64,000 nt of DNA, taken from the IMG/VR virus record IMGVR_UViG_3300046318_000439, positions 128,001 to 192,000 of that record. One strand, 5' to 3'. The notes beneath the pieces are model-generated. The model was given only the letters and a program-made list of their open reading frames with translations. It did no database searches and was not told the origin of the DNA. Positions 17,611 to 26,807 of this stretch are shown in pieces. The translations under genes and the position numbers were made by a program. Numbering within the stretch: the first letter of the stretch is position 1; every line of letters starts with the position of its first letter. This DNA is from a virus. Its lineage: Duplodnaviria; Caudoviricetes.

Positions 17611-20133
17611 TTAGAAGAACGCATCTAACGTGACACGTTTTTCTGTGTGCCATCCAAGCACATCCAATATTGTTTGGAGTGGATCGATGAATGACTTTGT
17701 GAATTGAGTATCATAATCAATATACTCAATTAAGTCAAGCTCTTTGGGTAGTGAGCCTGATGTTGCAATGATGTTACTCATAGCGGGGTTAGGTAACTTG
17801 AGATGACAAAATTTAATCTTCTCACCTTCACCTATAGCTTCATATTTAGTAGTCAGCCCATGCTGCTTTAGCATGTTGTTGTAAATCAAAGCACCACGAA
17901 CATGGATTGGTGTAGACTTGCGGAATATAGTAACTGGGTCATAGTATTCCGTCAAGCCACGTACTGTACGTGGGAAAGCAATATCTTGAAATGGTAATGC
18001 TTTGAACTCTTCTCTGAAGTTGGCAATAAAATCTACTAAGTCTTCTTCTGTAGAAGTCATAATCAACTTGAGGGCCTTCTTAATGTTGTCTCTGCAAGCC
18101 GAAGGTGTTGAAGAACGAACAGCTTCAATACCAGACAACTTTAACTTTGGTTCTGAGTACTGCACACCTTCGTTGTTGTAAACGTTGAGGATGTATCGTT
18201 TCTTAGCAGTCCAAATACCCTTATCAGCAATTGCTTCACGCTTCATTTTCATCTTCTGATCATAAGCGTTCACGTATGTTGCTAATTCTTCATACGACTT
18301 ATCAATAAACGGTTCAAATACTTTCTCACAAACAGTATCCAAATACTTAACAGTTTGTTCAGTAGTCTTACCTTCACAAGTCTGCTTTACGAACTCGCCT
18401 AGATCAAGGTACATGGAGTCTGTATCGCAAGCAATAACATAGTCAACGTCAGTCGTCTTCAATACTTTATTCAAGTATGCGTTCATCTTACGTTCCATCC
18501 AGCGGATAGAAAGCTGACCAGACTTAGTAATAGATTCTGCTAGGTCTCTATCGAACCAGCGGAAGTAGATGTTTGACAAAGCGCCATAAGCGGAGTTGAG
18601 TTGGATCTTTTTAGCAAGTTGCATGTTGTGGCATCTTGCGATCTCTTTCTCATTTTCGTATGACTTGTCTGTTTCGTAGCGTTGCTTAGCAGCCAACATT
18701 TGCTTTTTAAACTTAACACGGTCATTATACATCTTCTCCATAAGAGTTGGTAGGAAACCTTGAAAGTCACGATCAAACACACAACCAGAGGCAGCGATTG
18801 TTTGATTACGTGCTACTAAATCATTCTGAATCATATGGTTGGGTGCTGTAAGAATACCATCCAACATACCTTCAATACTAATACCTTCGATCTGGCCAGC
18901 ATATGTTTCTGGTGAGATGTTGTATTGCATAATCAAGTGTGGGTACAAACTATTCAAGTCAAACGACACAACCCAGTTATGCATACCAACTTGCGGATCC
19001 TTCACATAAGCTCCAACGATTTGAGAATCCTTAGAACCTTTATCTGTCATAGGTACAACAATACCTTTATTGAGAAGGTAGTTGTGGATAATGATATCCC
19101 ACATACGCACAGACGTAAAAGCATCACTATAGTTAACGTGGCCGTCATATGCAATCGCATAGATCTGCTCTAAGAACTTTAACTTGTCTTCTAACTTATC
19201 AACAAGTTCGACGTCTCGGATGTTATAATTAATGTAGTTGCGGAAGTCGCCTTTGTAGAACTCATCTAACGTCTCAAAGCCAAGTTCTGTATAATCTAAC
19301 TTACGCTCGCCCAATTCGATAAAGGCGATATGATCTAGTTTGAATGACTCTTGTTGAGCGAAAGAAAACTTCTTATATGCTTGCATGTAGTCAATAATAT
19401 TAACACCGACTGGAGTAAAAATTGTATACTCTCTACCCATAATCTCAATCGTGCGTTGATCAAGAAGACTCCATGGCGACAAACGCTTCGCAGATGCATC
19501 GCCCATGGTTCTTCTAATGCGATTAACGAGATATGGAATATCGAAGAACTCAATATTCCAACCAGTGATTACATCTGCGTCGAGTGCTTTCCAGGCTTGC
19601 AAGAACTTATCAAGTAAGTCATGTTCATCCTTACATAGCAAGTAGTTAACATCTTCGCTCTCTGGTGTATATTCTTTAAGACCAAACACATATGACTTAC
19701 CTCTCTTGCGCAGAGTGATAGCAGTAACCATTCTATCTGCTTGTGCAATGTCTGGGAAACCACCTTCAGAGTCAACCTCGATATCCAGAGATACTAAACT
19801 AATTAACTTAGGGTCGTAGTCGATGTCGCCTGGATAATTATCATTGATGTAGGTATAGACAAAACTATCCATACCATACAGTGGCTTACCAGGAATACCC
19901 TTAAACTGTTTAACATGCTCGCGCGCTTCATACACGCTGTCAAACACTTGCTTATAGACAGGTTCACCCTTTAATGTTCTAAAGGGTGTTTCGACTCCAC
20001 GTTCACGATACACGCGATTAGGTTCAAAGATGTATGGTTGGTAACGTACTTCTCGCTGAAACCGTTTACCGTTTTCATACCCTCTTACAAGAATGTTTGC
20101 TTTGTGGAGATGTACATTAGTATAGAAATTCAA
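17611..20133 (-). CDS. gp43: Family B DNA polymerase
   Basis: DIEV exonuclease I motif, SFDLNSLYPH, KIQLNSAYG, CDTDS, KKRYIL. Confidence 0.98.
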   Translation of the reverse strand: MNFYTNVHLHKANILVRGYENGKRFQREVRYQPYIFEPNRVYRERGVETPFRTLKGEPVYKQVFDSVYEAREHVKQFKGIPGKPLYGMDSFVYTYINDNYPGDIDYDPKLISLVSLDIEVDSEGGFPDIAQADRMVTAITLRKRGKSYVFGLKEYTPESEDVNYLLCKDEHDLLDKFLQAWKALDADVITGWNIEFFDIPYLVNRIRRTMGDASAKRLSPWSLLDQRTIEIMGREYTIFTPVGVNIIDYMQAYKKFSFAQQESFKLDHIAFIELGERKLDYTELGFETLDEFYKGDFRNYINYNIRDVELVDKLEDKLKFLEQIYAIAYDGHVNYSDAFTSVRMWDIIIHNYLLNKGIVVPMTDKGSKDSQIVGAYVKDPQVGMHNWVVSFDLNSLYPHLIMQYNISPETYAGQIEGISIEGMLDGILTAPNHMIQNDLVARNQTIAASGCVFDRDFQGFLPTLMEKMYNDRVKFKKQMLAAKQRYETDKSYENEKEIARCHNMQLAKKIQLNSAYGALSNIYFRWFDRDLAESITKSGQLSIRWMERKMNAYLNKVLKTTDVDYVIACDTDSMYLDLGEFVKQTCEGKTTEQTVKYLDTVCEKVFEPFIDKSYEELATYVNAYDQKMKMKREAIADKGIWTAKKRYILNVYNNEGVQYSEPKLKLSGIEAVRSSTPSACRDNIKKALKLIMTSTEEDLVDFIANFREEFKALPFQDIAFPRTVRGLTEYYDPVTIFRKSTPIHVRGALIYNNMLKQHGLTTKYEAIGEGEKIKFCHLKLPNPAMSNIIATSGSLPKELDLIEYIDYDTQFTKSFIDPLQTILDVLGWHTEKRVTLDAFF

Positions 20134-20490
20134 TTATTTTAATCCGCAGTTTAGATCGTAGCAAGTATGGTTGCCGAGTTGTTCCGACGTTAGACCGCAT
20201 ACTTTACATCTTTCATTCGGAAAAGACAACTCTGCTCCACCAATTGTACCAGGCATTGGCATCGTGTATGTGTATTCCTCACTGATGCAAACATCTTGGG
20301 GCATTGGTTCTTCTTTACAATCCTCATCAGAACAAAAATCCAACTCACCTCTAAAGTGATATCCTGATCCGCGGAGGAATTGTTCGAACCCCTGAAGTAC
20401 TTCAGGGAGGTAGCTTGCATCAAACTCTAAAGTGTTAATCATATCCTCACCACCATCGCCGTTTATGCATGTGAATTTGAACTTACTCAT
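20134..20490 (-). CDS. Hypothetical protein
   Basis: FEQFLRGSGYHF domain; C-terminal Cys pairs. Confidence 0.6.
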   Translation of the reverse strand: MSKFKFTCINGDGGEDMINTLEFDASYLPEVLQGFEQFLRGSGYHFRGELDFCSDEDCKEEPMPQDVCISEEYTYTMPMPGTIGGAELSFPNERCKVCGLTSEQLGNHTCYDLNCGLK

Positions 20491-20780
20491 CTTTTTAGAT
20501 CTTTCTCAAATGTAATGAATGCTTCTTGTTTGGCTTGATCGTCCCAAGTCTTACAGTAGTGATTATCTAAATCACAAAGTGCAATTGCTTCTTCCAATGT
20601 GATTGGTCGATGTGACACAATAGTTTCTCCAAGATGTTCTTGTGAGAATTCTTTTGCTTGATCAGATACTACAGTATCAAGAGCCCAATCTTCCTTCCCT
20701 TCAGGCACTTCTACAACATAGCGATGTCTGAACATCTGTACTGTCTCAACTAAAACAAATTTATTTCGGGCCATTACCAA
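20487..20780 (-). CDS. Hypothetical protein
   Basis: LVETVQMFRHRYVVE...EFSQEHLGE pattern. Confidence 0.65.
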   Translation of the reverse strand: MVMARNKFVLVETVQMFRHRYVVEVPEGKEDWALDTVVSDQAKEFSQEHLGETIVSHRPITLEEAIALCDLDNHYCKTWDDQAKQEAFITFEKDLKR

Positions 20781-20959
20781 TCTCCATTATCTAACCAAAC
20801 TCTCACCGTAATACCTAGGAAGCCAAAGGCCCACATATAATCATGGACCATCGGCCACTCCTTATTCCGCTCACGTCTGAACCATGGTAGCACTTTCCAA
20901 TACAATGGATTTAAACTCAGTATAATCGATGCTCCAGAATAACGAATCCATTTTATCAT
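20774..20959 (-). CDS. Hypothetical protein
   Basis: Overlapping start/stop with neighbours. Confidence 0.55.
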   Translation of the reverse strand: MIKWIRYSGASIILSLNPLYWKVLPWFRRERNKEWPMVHDYMWAFGFLGITVRVWLDNGDW

Positions 20960-21876
20960 ACTTGTACCACCTGTGGTAAGAAACGATCTGCGATACTCTC
21001 ATGTCCACTATATCCTCGTGGATTACATACTACACGAGTTGTACCAACCATATAATCAAATCGGTCGTGTGTATGGCCGTGAGTCCATAATTTAATTTGA
21101 GGGTGGTCTAAGATCAAATCGCTCAAGTCGCTATGATAACCACCATTCATTACTTTATCATCAGCATACCGAGGATGGCAACTAGCATATGTTGGTGTGT
21201 GGTGAGTACATACAACTACCTTTTCTTTACCAGCAACAGTATCTTTGAGGAATGAAATAAACTTCTTATGTTCTTCTACTGCATCTTCTGGTGAGAATGT
21301 GCTAGGCTCTTCTTTAACCTTTTCACTTTCTTTGATGTAGTATCCATTGGAATCTAGAAGATACTGACCAGAGCCATCTGGATTCTTAGCATACAGAGGA
21401 ACACGTCGTTGCAACATTTTATTACTATTCTTCACACCGCTAAAATCATTCATACGACGACGGATGAAAAATAATGTATCTGGATCTTCTTTATTCATAT
21501 CAGTCCACATCGTTCCACCTACAAATGTCACTCCATCAAGCTCGATGGCTTCATTATCTAAAAAGTGAATGTTATCATACTTACATGTAGTAGCATGAAT
21601 TGTGATTGGTGTGTATTTGAAGTCGCCATGATAGTGTTCATGGTTGCCCATGATGTATATGACATGCTTATATGATTGACTGACTCTATTGAAAAACTCG
21701 AGAGCATCTCTTCGTCGACTGAAAGTGCGAACGGCACCTTCCTGCAGGTCTGCAGCTACGAGTATGTCTCCGCCTAAGATAAGAACATCAGCTTGTTCAA
21801 CATTTTTAAACAAAGCGTGCTCTGGATGGATTACATCAAATTCTAAATGCAGATCGCTGCATACTGCAATTTTCAT
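20956..21876 (-). CDS. Metallophosphoesterase
   Basis: SDLHLE, LGGDI, GNHEHY, THH, HGHTH. Confidence 0.9.
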   Translation of the reverse strand: MKIAVCSDLHLEFDVIHPEHALFKNVEQADVLILGGDILVAADLQEGAVRTFSRRRDALEFFNRVSQSYKHVIYIMGNHEHYHGDFKYTPITIHATTCKYDNIHFLDNEAIELDGVTFVGGTMWTDMNKEDPDTLFFIRRRMNDFSGVKNSNKMLQRRVPLYAKNPDGSGQYLLDSNGYYIKESEKVKEEPSTFSPEDAVEEHKKFISFLKDTVAGKEKVVVCTHHTPTYASCHPRYADDKVMNGGYHSDLSDLILDHPQIKLWTHGHTHDRFDYMVGTTRVVCNPRGYSGHESIADRFLPQVVQV

Positions 21877-21895
21877 AACAAACGTCCTAAATGTA

Positions 21896-22075
21896 TTAGG
21901 CTTCTAGTACAAAGTCTTCTGCTATATCTTCTGCCTGCTGTGATGTATCAACATACACGTGGTTAATTTCTTTAGTATCCTTATTACAATAAACCACATA
22001 CGTGTGCTCATCCATCAGATATACTTTAGCTAAACGACCATTGTTATCGCCATAATGAGTAGATAAATGCTTCAT
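21896..22075 (-). CDS. Hypothetical protein (likely start 22075)
   Basis: AEDIAEDFVL C-terminus; follows upstream stop. Confidence 0.55.
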   Translation of the reverse strand: MKHLSTHYGDNNGRLAKVYLMDEHTYVVYCNKDTKEINHVYVDTSQQAEDIAEDFVLEA

Positions 22076-22076
22076 A

Positions 22077-22343
22077 TCAATTATACTCGCTTTTGAATTC
22101 ATTGTCAACGTCTGTAATGAATTGATTTATAAGAGATTTTGCTTGGATAATTTCGTTGTATGGAACCCCAGCATACGCCAGTGTAAGGTCTGCTGTGTCC
22201 ATTTTAATTAATTCCTCGTAGGTCCAATCTTTACATAAGTCCAAGCTATACCAAAGACTCAGTACCTGTTCTTCTTTTGAGGGACCAGAATTGTCGCTCC
22301 AAAAAGAATACCACGGAGAAGAGGACCAACGAGAATAAGACAT
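22077..22343 (-). CDS. Hypothetical protein
   Basis: MSYSRWSSSPWYSFW start, coupled to upstream stop. Confidence 0.6.
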   Translation of the reverse strand: MSYSRWSSSPWYSFWSDNSGPSKEEQVLSLWYSLDLCKDWTYEELIKMDTADLTLAYAGVPYNEIIQAKSLINQFITDVDNEFKSEYN

Positions 22344-22636
22344 TAGATTGCCTTAGCGATTTGAATACCAGAACCAAACATACGATTGTAATTGTTTAAC
22401 ATATCAACACCTGGTTCGAATTGAACCATTACAAAAGATTTATTGAATGGAAATGCTTTATCATCAGCATATGGAAGAAAAGGCATTAATCCTAATCCTA
22501 CTTGACCTTGTTGGCCACCTGGCATCATTACAATAGATGCTACATCTTTCAAATCAATCGTGGTGCTTGTTTCATTTTGAAACTTACCAACAACCTCTTC
22601 CCCAGACGTTAATTTTAAACATACAATTTTTTCCAT
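22343..22636 (-). CDS. Conserved T4-like Sm-like hypothetical protein
   Basis: LKLTSGEEVVGK...LMPFLPYA...LNNYNRMFGSGI. Confidence 0.75.
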   Translation of the reverse strand: MEKIVCLKLTSGEEVVGKFQNETSTTIDLKDVASIVMMPGGQQGQVGLGLMPFLPYADDKAFPFNKSFVMVQFEPGVDMLNNYNRMFGSGIQIAKAI

Positions 22637-22651
22637 AACAATTCCTTAATA

Positions 22652-22753
22652 TTAAGACCACTCATTTAATTTATATCTACGCTTTGCCTGCATAGCACGA
22701 GTTTCCACTATTACATCAAATAAGACAACGAAAAAATTGCATATGTGTTTCAT
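22652..22753 (-). CDS. Small hypothetical protein (33 aa, not in track)
   Basis: MKHICNFFVVLFDVIVETRAMQAKRRYKLNEWS; ATGA overlap with upstream ORF. Confidence 0.4.
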   Translation of the reverse strand: MKHICNFFVVLFDVIVETRAMQAKRRYKLNEWS

Positions 22754-22872
22754 ATGAACCCTCTGCGAGTTAAAATATTCATACGATATTCTAGATCCCA
22801 GCGGTCAGTTGCTTCATTGAGAAAAGCTTCAATCTCTTTTATATAGTGAGGGGCAAATGTTCGCTTTACCCA
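22750..22872 (-). CDS. Small DUF3563-like protein (TTG start, not in track)
   Basis: EIEAFLNEATDRWDLEYRMNILTRRG resembles DUF3563. Confidence 0.45.
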   Translation of the reverse strand, partial: WVKRTFAPHYIKEIEAFLNEATDRWDLEYRMNILTRRGFI

Positions 22873-22920
22873 ATTTTGAAATTTTGTTTCCATGTGCGTG
22901 TTTATACCCATATAAGATTT

Positions 22921-22955
22921 AAAGAAAAAGAAAGCCGAGAGTTTCCTCTCGGCCT
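22921..22955 (-). terminator. Rho-independent terminator after hsp20
   Basis: GCCGAGAG-gaaa-CTCTCGGC followed by TTTCTTTTTCTTT. Confidence 0.85.
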
Positions 22956-22963
22956 TTATTACA

Positions 22964-23425
22964 TCAGTCTACTAAAAGTTCTTTTTTAGCTTTCGACTTG
23001 ACAGGGATCTTCTTTGGTTGTTTATGTTCCGGAACCAAACGTTCCAAAGCAATTTTTAACATACCATTAAACATCTCTGCATCTTTCACTTCGATCTCAT
23101 CATTTAGTGCGAATGTGCGAGTAAAAGCTCTATTCGCGATGCCTTTGAAGAGGAAGTTGTCTTCTTCTCCATCAGTAGCAATATTGCCACGTACAACTAA
23201 CTTTCCGTCATTCATTTCAATGTCAATGTCTTGCTGACCAAAACCTGCAACAGCAATTTCAATAGTATAATGATTCTCTCCTACCTTCTTAATATTGTAA
23301 GGAGGGTAGTTAGGAATGTTCTTAGTTAAGTCATCATGTAGTTTTGCAATCTGATTAAATTGCTCATCAAACCCAATGAAAAAACGGTCGAAGTCTTTGA
23401 ACTGTGGAAATGTAATGTTAGTCAT
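22964..23425 (-). CDS. hsp20: Small heat-shock protein Hsp20/IbpA (likely start 23425)
   Basis: NYPPYNI, IEIAVAGF, FLFKGIANRAFTRTF, NGMLKIAL; GGAGG RBS. Confidence 0.95.
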   Translation of the reverse strand: MTNITFPQFKDFDRFFIGFDEQFNQIAKLHDDLTKNIPNYPPYNIKKVGENHYTIEIAVAGFGQQDIDIEMNDGKLVVRGNIATDGEEDNFLFKGIANRAFTRTFALNDEIEVKDAEMFNGMLKIALERLVPEHKQPKKIPVKSKAKKELLVD

Positions 23426-23438
23426 ATCGCCTCCAGAT

Positions 23439-23678
23439 TTATTTTGCAAAAGCGAAAGCTTTGCTGGCATCAAACTTAACTAATTCTTGTGTAGACAAGT
23501 TAGCTACTTCAGCTGCAGTTTTAACAACTTGCTTACTGAATTTTGTTTGTGCATCAATAAATGAATTGAGGGATTTTGCGATATCTGCGTTCTTTACGAA
23601 AGTCTGAACGAAAGATGTTTTTGCACCTTGAACGGTGTCGATGAATTGGCTAGCTTGAGCCGTGAATTGTTCACTCAT
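23439..23678 (-). CDS. Phasin-like protein
   Basis: Ala/Thr/Gln-rich amphipathic helix, FIDTVQGAK..FV...LN.FIDAQT.F.K pattern. Confidence 0.45.
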   Translation of the reverse strand: MSEQFTAQASQFIDTVQGAKTSFVQTFVKNADIAKSLNSFIDAQTKFSKQVVKTAAEVANLSTQELVKFDASKAFAFAK

Positions 23679-23846
23679 TTGTATCTCCTTGAATTAAGCG
23701 AGTTTAAAATAAAAACACTACCCCGAAGGCATAGTGGGTTCCAGCTTACCGACTACTGGGGTACCATATCGTTGTACCGGTATAATATATATAACGTCCC
23801 ATCCCTGGGTATTAACCATTATAGTAAAATTTTTGTAAAAAATCAA

Positions 23847-25379
23847 CTATACTGATAATTTTTTGTGTTTGTAATGCTCTACAAATTTGATGAAGTTGTT
23901 CTCATATGGTTTTCTCGTGTAGTCGGTGAGGAATAACTTTTTATCGAGTGTAACTTGATCCCCATTATCTTCACACATGATTGATGATAGAGCAAGAGCA
24001 TCGATCACTCGCATGTTGAATTTTCCAACTTTATATAAATCATATAGTGATTTTGTCCACACATCAGCTTCATAAATTGTCATGTGTTCATTTTCCCATT
24101 GAAGATAATGTCCTACTGTATCTTCTTCTGGTGATATGATCCGATGGTTGCCACTTCCATCTTGCTGTTGTTCTCGTACTTGCATGTATCCATGTTCTGC
24201 GTAGTTTTTTGACAAGTAAGAATTCTTGTCATTTTCTTCTGCTACGATTTCTAATACTTCACTGTGGGCATAAAGCGGATGCCATTCATCTCGTACCCAT
24301 TCATAGGTAGAGTTAAGACTCTCCATCGTTTCGTGTGGGAGTCCAGCAATGAGGTTGATAGTTGGTCTATACCGATGACCAACACGTTCAGTGAAAAAGT
24401 CACGTACTTCAATTAGGCCTGCCTTAACGCGAGCAGGACCCATACCTTTTCCAATAAATTTTGCTGATCGAGCATTGAAGCTTTCTATGCCATAGAATTG
24501 CCCAAGCATACCCATGCGCAACAACTCTTCACGATCCAATTTACGAGATATTAATAGATCGGCCCGAATAAATCCTGTAAACCATGGTTTAAAAGATAAC
24601 GTATCCACGACGTCAGCAAACTTTGTAATCTTTTCAGTTGTGTCATTGAATGTATTGTCTGTGATTACATAGTTCGATATACCAAACCTGTCATGCGCAT
24701 CCATCAATTGCTCATATGCACTTTCCGAACTACGTGTAGCATCGAAGTTGGCATTCCTAATAGGGAAATTACAAAACGCACAATCGAACTTACAACCCCT
24801 TGCAAACTCTATCGATCCCCACTCGCCAGGAATTATAAAATCTCTATTCTCATACTTGATCATAGGATTCTTCCATGGAGCTGCGGGATAGTCGTGCATT
24901 GTTTCTATTACACAAGTACCTTTTACGACCTTAGTCTTTGGAGCTACACCGTTACTAAACTTATATTTGAGAATTGCGTCAAGAGCATTTTCTCCATACC
25001 CAGCAACAAAGTAGTCAATATAATCAAGATGGAATGGTTCGAATTGGCCGCCCCCTATTAGAACGATATCTGGATATGTTTTTTTAATATACAAACAAAA
25101 TTGTTCTAAAAGAGTTTTCCTTGTTGTGAAACTGTAGATGAATGAGAAACCAATGAATTTAGTTTCAGATGTGATGCGCGAATGGAGGAGAGCAATCAAC
25201 TCATCGAATGTCCAGTATTCGAAAAAATCAATAACCTCTGCATCCCACCCCTGCTCGCGCATATAGGTTGCCATGCGATGAGAACCAGGACCTCTATAAC
25301 GACTTCCATCGTTAATTGATATCATTAAACAATGCATATTAGGCAGTTTTGAACCCCACAGCTCCACCTTCTGCTTCAA
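23847..25379 (-). CDS. B12-binding radical SAM protein
   Basis: EFARGCKFDCAFC, IGGG, DNTFN, GIESFN, LIAGLPHET. Confidence 0.9.
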   Translation of the reverse strand: MKQKVELWGSKLPNMHCLMISINDGSRYRGPGSHRMATYMREQGWDAEVIDFFEYWTFDELIALLHSRITSETKFIGFSFIYSFTTRKTLLEQFCLYIKKTYPDIVLIGGGQFEPFHLDYIDYFVAGYGENALDAILKYKFSNGVAPKTKVVKGTCVIETMHDYPAAPWKNPMIKYENRDFIIPGEWGSIEFARGCKFDCAFCNFPIRNANFDATRSSESAYEQLMDAHDRFGISNYVITDNTFNDTTEKITKFADVVDTLSFKPWFTGFIRADLLISRKLDREELLRMGMLGQFYGIESFNARSAKFIGKGMGPARVKAGLIEVRDFFTERVGHRYRPTINLIAGLPHETMESLNSTYEWVRDEWHPLYAHSEVLEIVAEENDKNSYLSKNYAEHGYMQVREQQQDGSGNHRIISPEEDTVGHYLQWENEHMTIYEADVWTKSLYDLYKVGKFNMRVIDALALSSIMCEDNGDQVTLDKKLFLTDYTRKPYENNFIKFVEHYKHKKLSV

Positions 25380-25929
25380 TACGCTTAATTACATCCTCAA
25401 ACAGTATAGGCGCAAAGTCTGGTAGTTGCTCTACGCTGACGTTATGATATCTAGTATCAATCTCATCACCATATAGAACCTCTCCTGTCTTTGCATCAAC
25501 ACCTCTTGGCTTCATAACTCTATTAGAATGTAAGTGGCCGTGAATGTTAACACCAAAGCGACCTAAGCTATCAGAGTGAATAGGAATATGGCTTAGGATC
25601 ATTCCGTTCAATATGTGGTAGGCACGAAGCTCCCGGAAGTATTGTCTGTATTCATCGTCTCGGAAGATATCATGATTACCGCGGATCAATACCTTATCAC
25701 CATTGAGACGAGCTAATGTAGGCAATGCTTTACGATTAATCACAACATCCCCTAAGTGATAAACCTTGTCTGTAGGCTTAACTCTCTCGTTCCATGCTTT
25801 GATCATATCCTCATCCATCTCGGCAGGATCGTCCCATGGACGAAGTTTCGTAACGCCATCGCTACGTGTGAAGCGGCAAACGCCAGTGTGACCAAAGTGC
25901 GTATCGCTTACTAGAAATACTGACGGCAT
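25339..25929 (-). CDS. Calcineurin-like phosphoesterase
   Basis: SDTHFGH, YHLGDV, GNHD, SHIP, HGHLH. Confidence 0.9.
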   Translation of the reverse strand: MPSVFLVSDTHFGHTGVCRFTRSDGVTKLRPWDDPAEMDEDMIKAWNERVKPTDKVYHLGDVVINRKALPTLARLNGDKVLIRGNHDIFRDDEYRQYFRELRAYHILNGMILSHIPIHSDSLGRFGVNIHGHLHSNRVMKPRGVDAKTGEVLYGDEIDTRYHNVSVEQLPDFAPILFEDVIKRIEAEGGAVGFKTA

Positions 25930-26042
25930 TTGCTACTCCTTTCAAAAAAGATAGTTTGCTTCTACTGAAGGAGATCTATCAACTCCCACTCACATTTATT
26001 TTAACAGGTCGTGAGCTTGACAGACACAAGGCCTCCTGTTTT

Positions 26043-26126
26043 TGGTGGAGCATCCTGGGATCGAACCAGGCATGTCTAAGACGGCGGATTTACAATCCAC
26101 TGCATCACCATTGATGCTTCTGCTCC
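26043..26126 (-). tRNA. tRNA-Tyr(GUA)
   Basis: Cloverleaf GGAGCAG...GTGGA-TTGTAAA-TCCGC, long variable arm, TTCGATC T-loop, encoded CCA. Confidence 0.9.
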
Positions 26127-26269
26127 AAATTAGTGCTGGGTATGAAATCCAGCGACACTTTCTCGGAGTGTCCGATCCTCTTGCTTCAAACGCTGGTATG
26201 CTACCACAAGCCTCCCGTCGTCTATTGTTTATACTCGCTTCCGAACCCGAGTTTTCTTAAACCACAATG

Positions 26270-26342
26270 CTCCGGGTCCTGGATTCGAACCAGGCTTCAC
26301 GGATTAACAGTCCGCCGCCTTCACCTAGATTGCTCACCCGGA
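26270..26342 (-). tRNA. tRNA-Asn(GUU)
   Basis: TCCGGGT/ACCCGGA acceptor, GCGGA-CTGTTAA-TCCGT, TTCGAAT; CCA not encoded. Confidence 0.9.
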
Positions 26343-26352
26343 GCATTATGGT

Positions 26353-26775
26353 CTATCCATACATTTTTAATCCTTTTGACTTCCGTCCATTGCCCATATT
26401 CTTGGCTCCGAAAGTTTCAGATTGACTGTCGCAGTTGGGGCATATCAAACGAAAATTCGAAGGGGCATTGTTTGAAGCATCCCCATCTATATGATCTACC
26501 CACAATCGAATTGGTTTATTGTTCCACTCCGTGATACTACATACAGTACATTTATTACTGAATCGCTTCACAAGAATTTCATAAATGTCTCTTCTCGTTG
26601 TAAGCTGGCCAGCATCAAATAGCTTTGTTTTCTCTTCCATTACCAAGACATGCTTTTGTTCTGCTTGACATTTATTACTACAATACTTGTGGTTGTAGCT
26701 ATGGCCTTTGAATTTAATGTCAACTCCACAACCACAACACTTATACACCTTATCTTTTACACCCTTATAATTCAT
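26353..26775 (-). mobile_element. HNH homing endonuclease gene
   Basis: CTVC, LWVDHIDGDASNN...NFRLICPNCDSQ; N-terminal CCGC/YCSNKC; inside tRNA cluster. Confidence 0.9.
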
Positions 26776-26807
26776 AAGTAGGACCTCCTATATGGTATAT
26801 AGGGTTT

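Noticed and set aside
25935-26042. Theta/HDV-like, twister or hammerhead ribozyme call for the element after tRNA-Tyr
   Set aside because: Helix order and conserved cores (P3 contiguous with P1, UAA/GAGGG, CUGAUGA/GAAA) do not match; kept only as an unknown structure.
26042-26534. ORFs 26042..26260 and 26133..26534 on the plus strand
   Set aside because: Antisense to tRNA genes and the HNH gene; translation artefacts.
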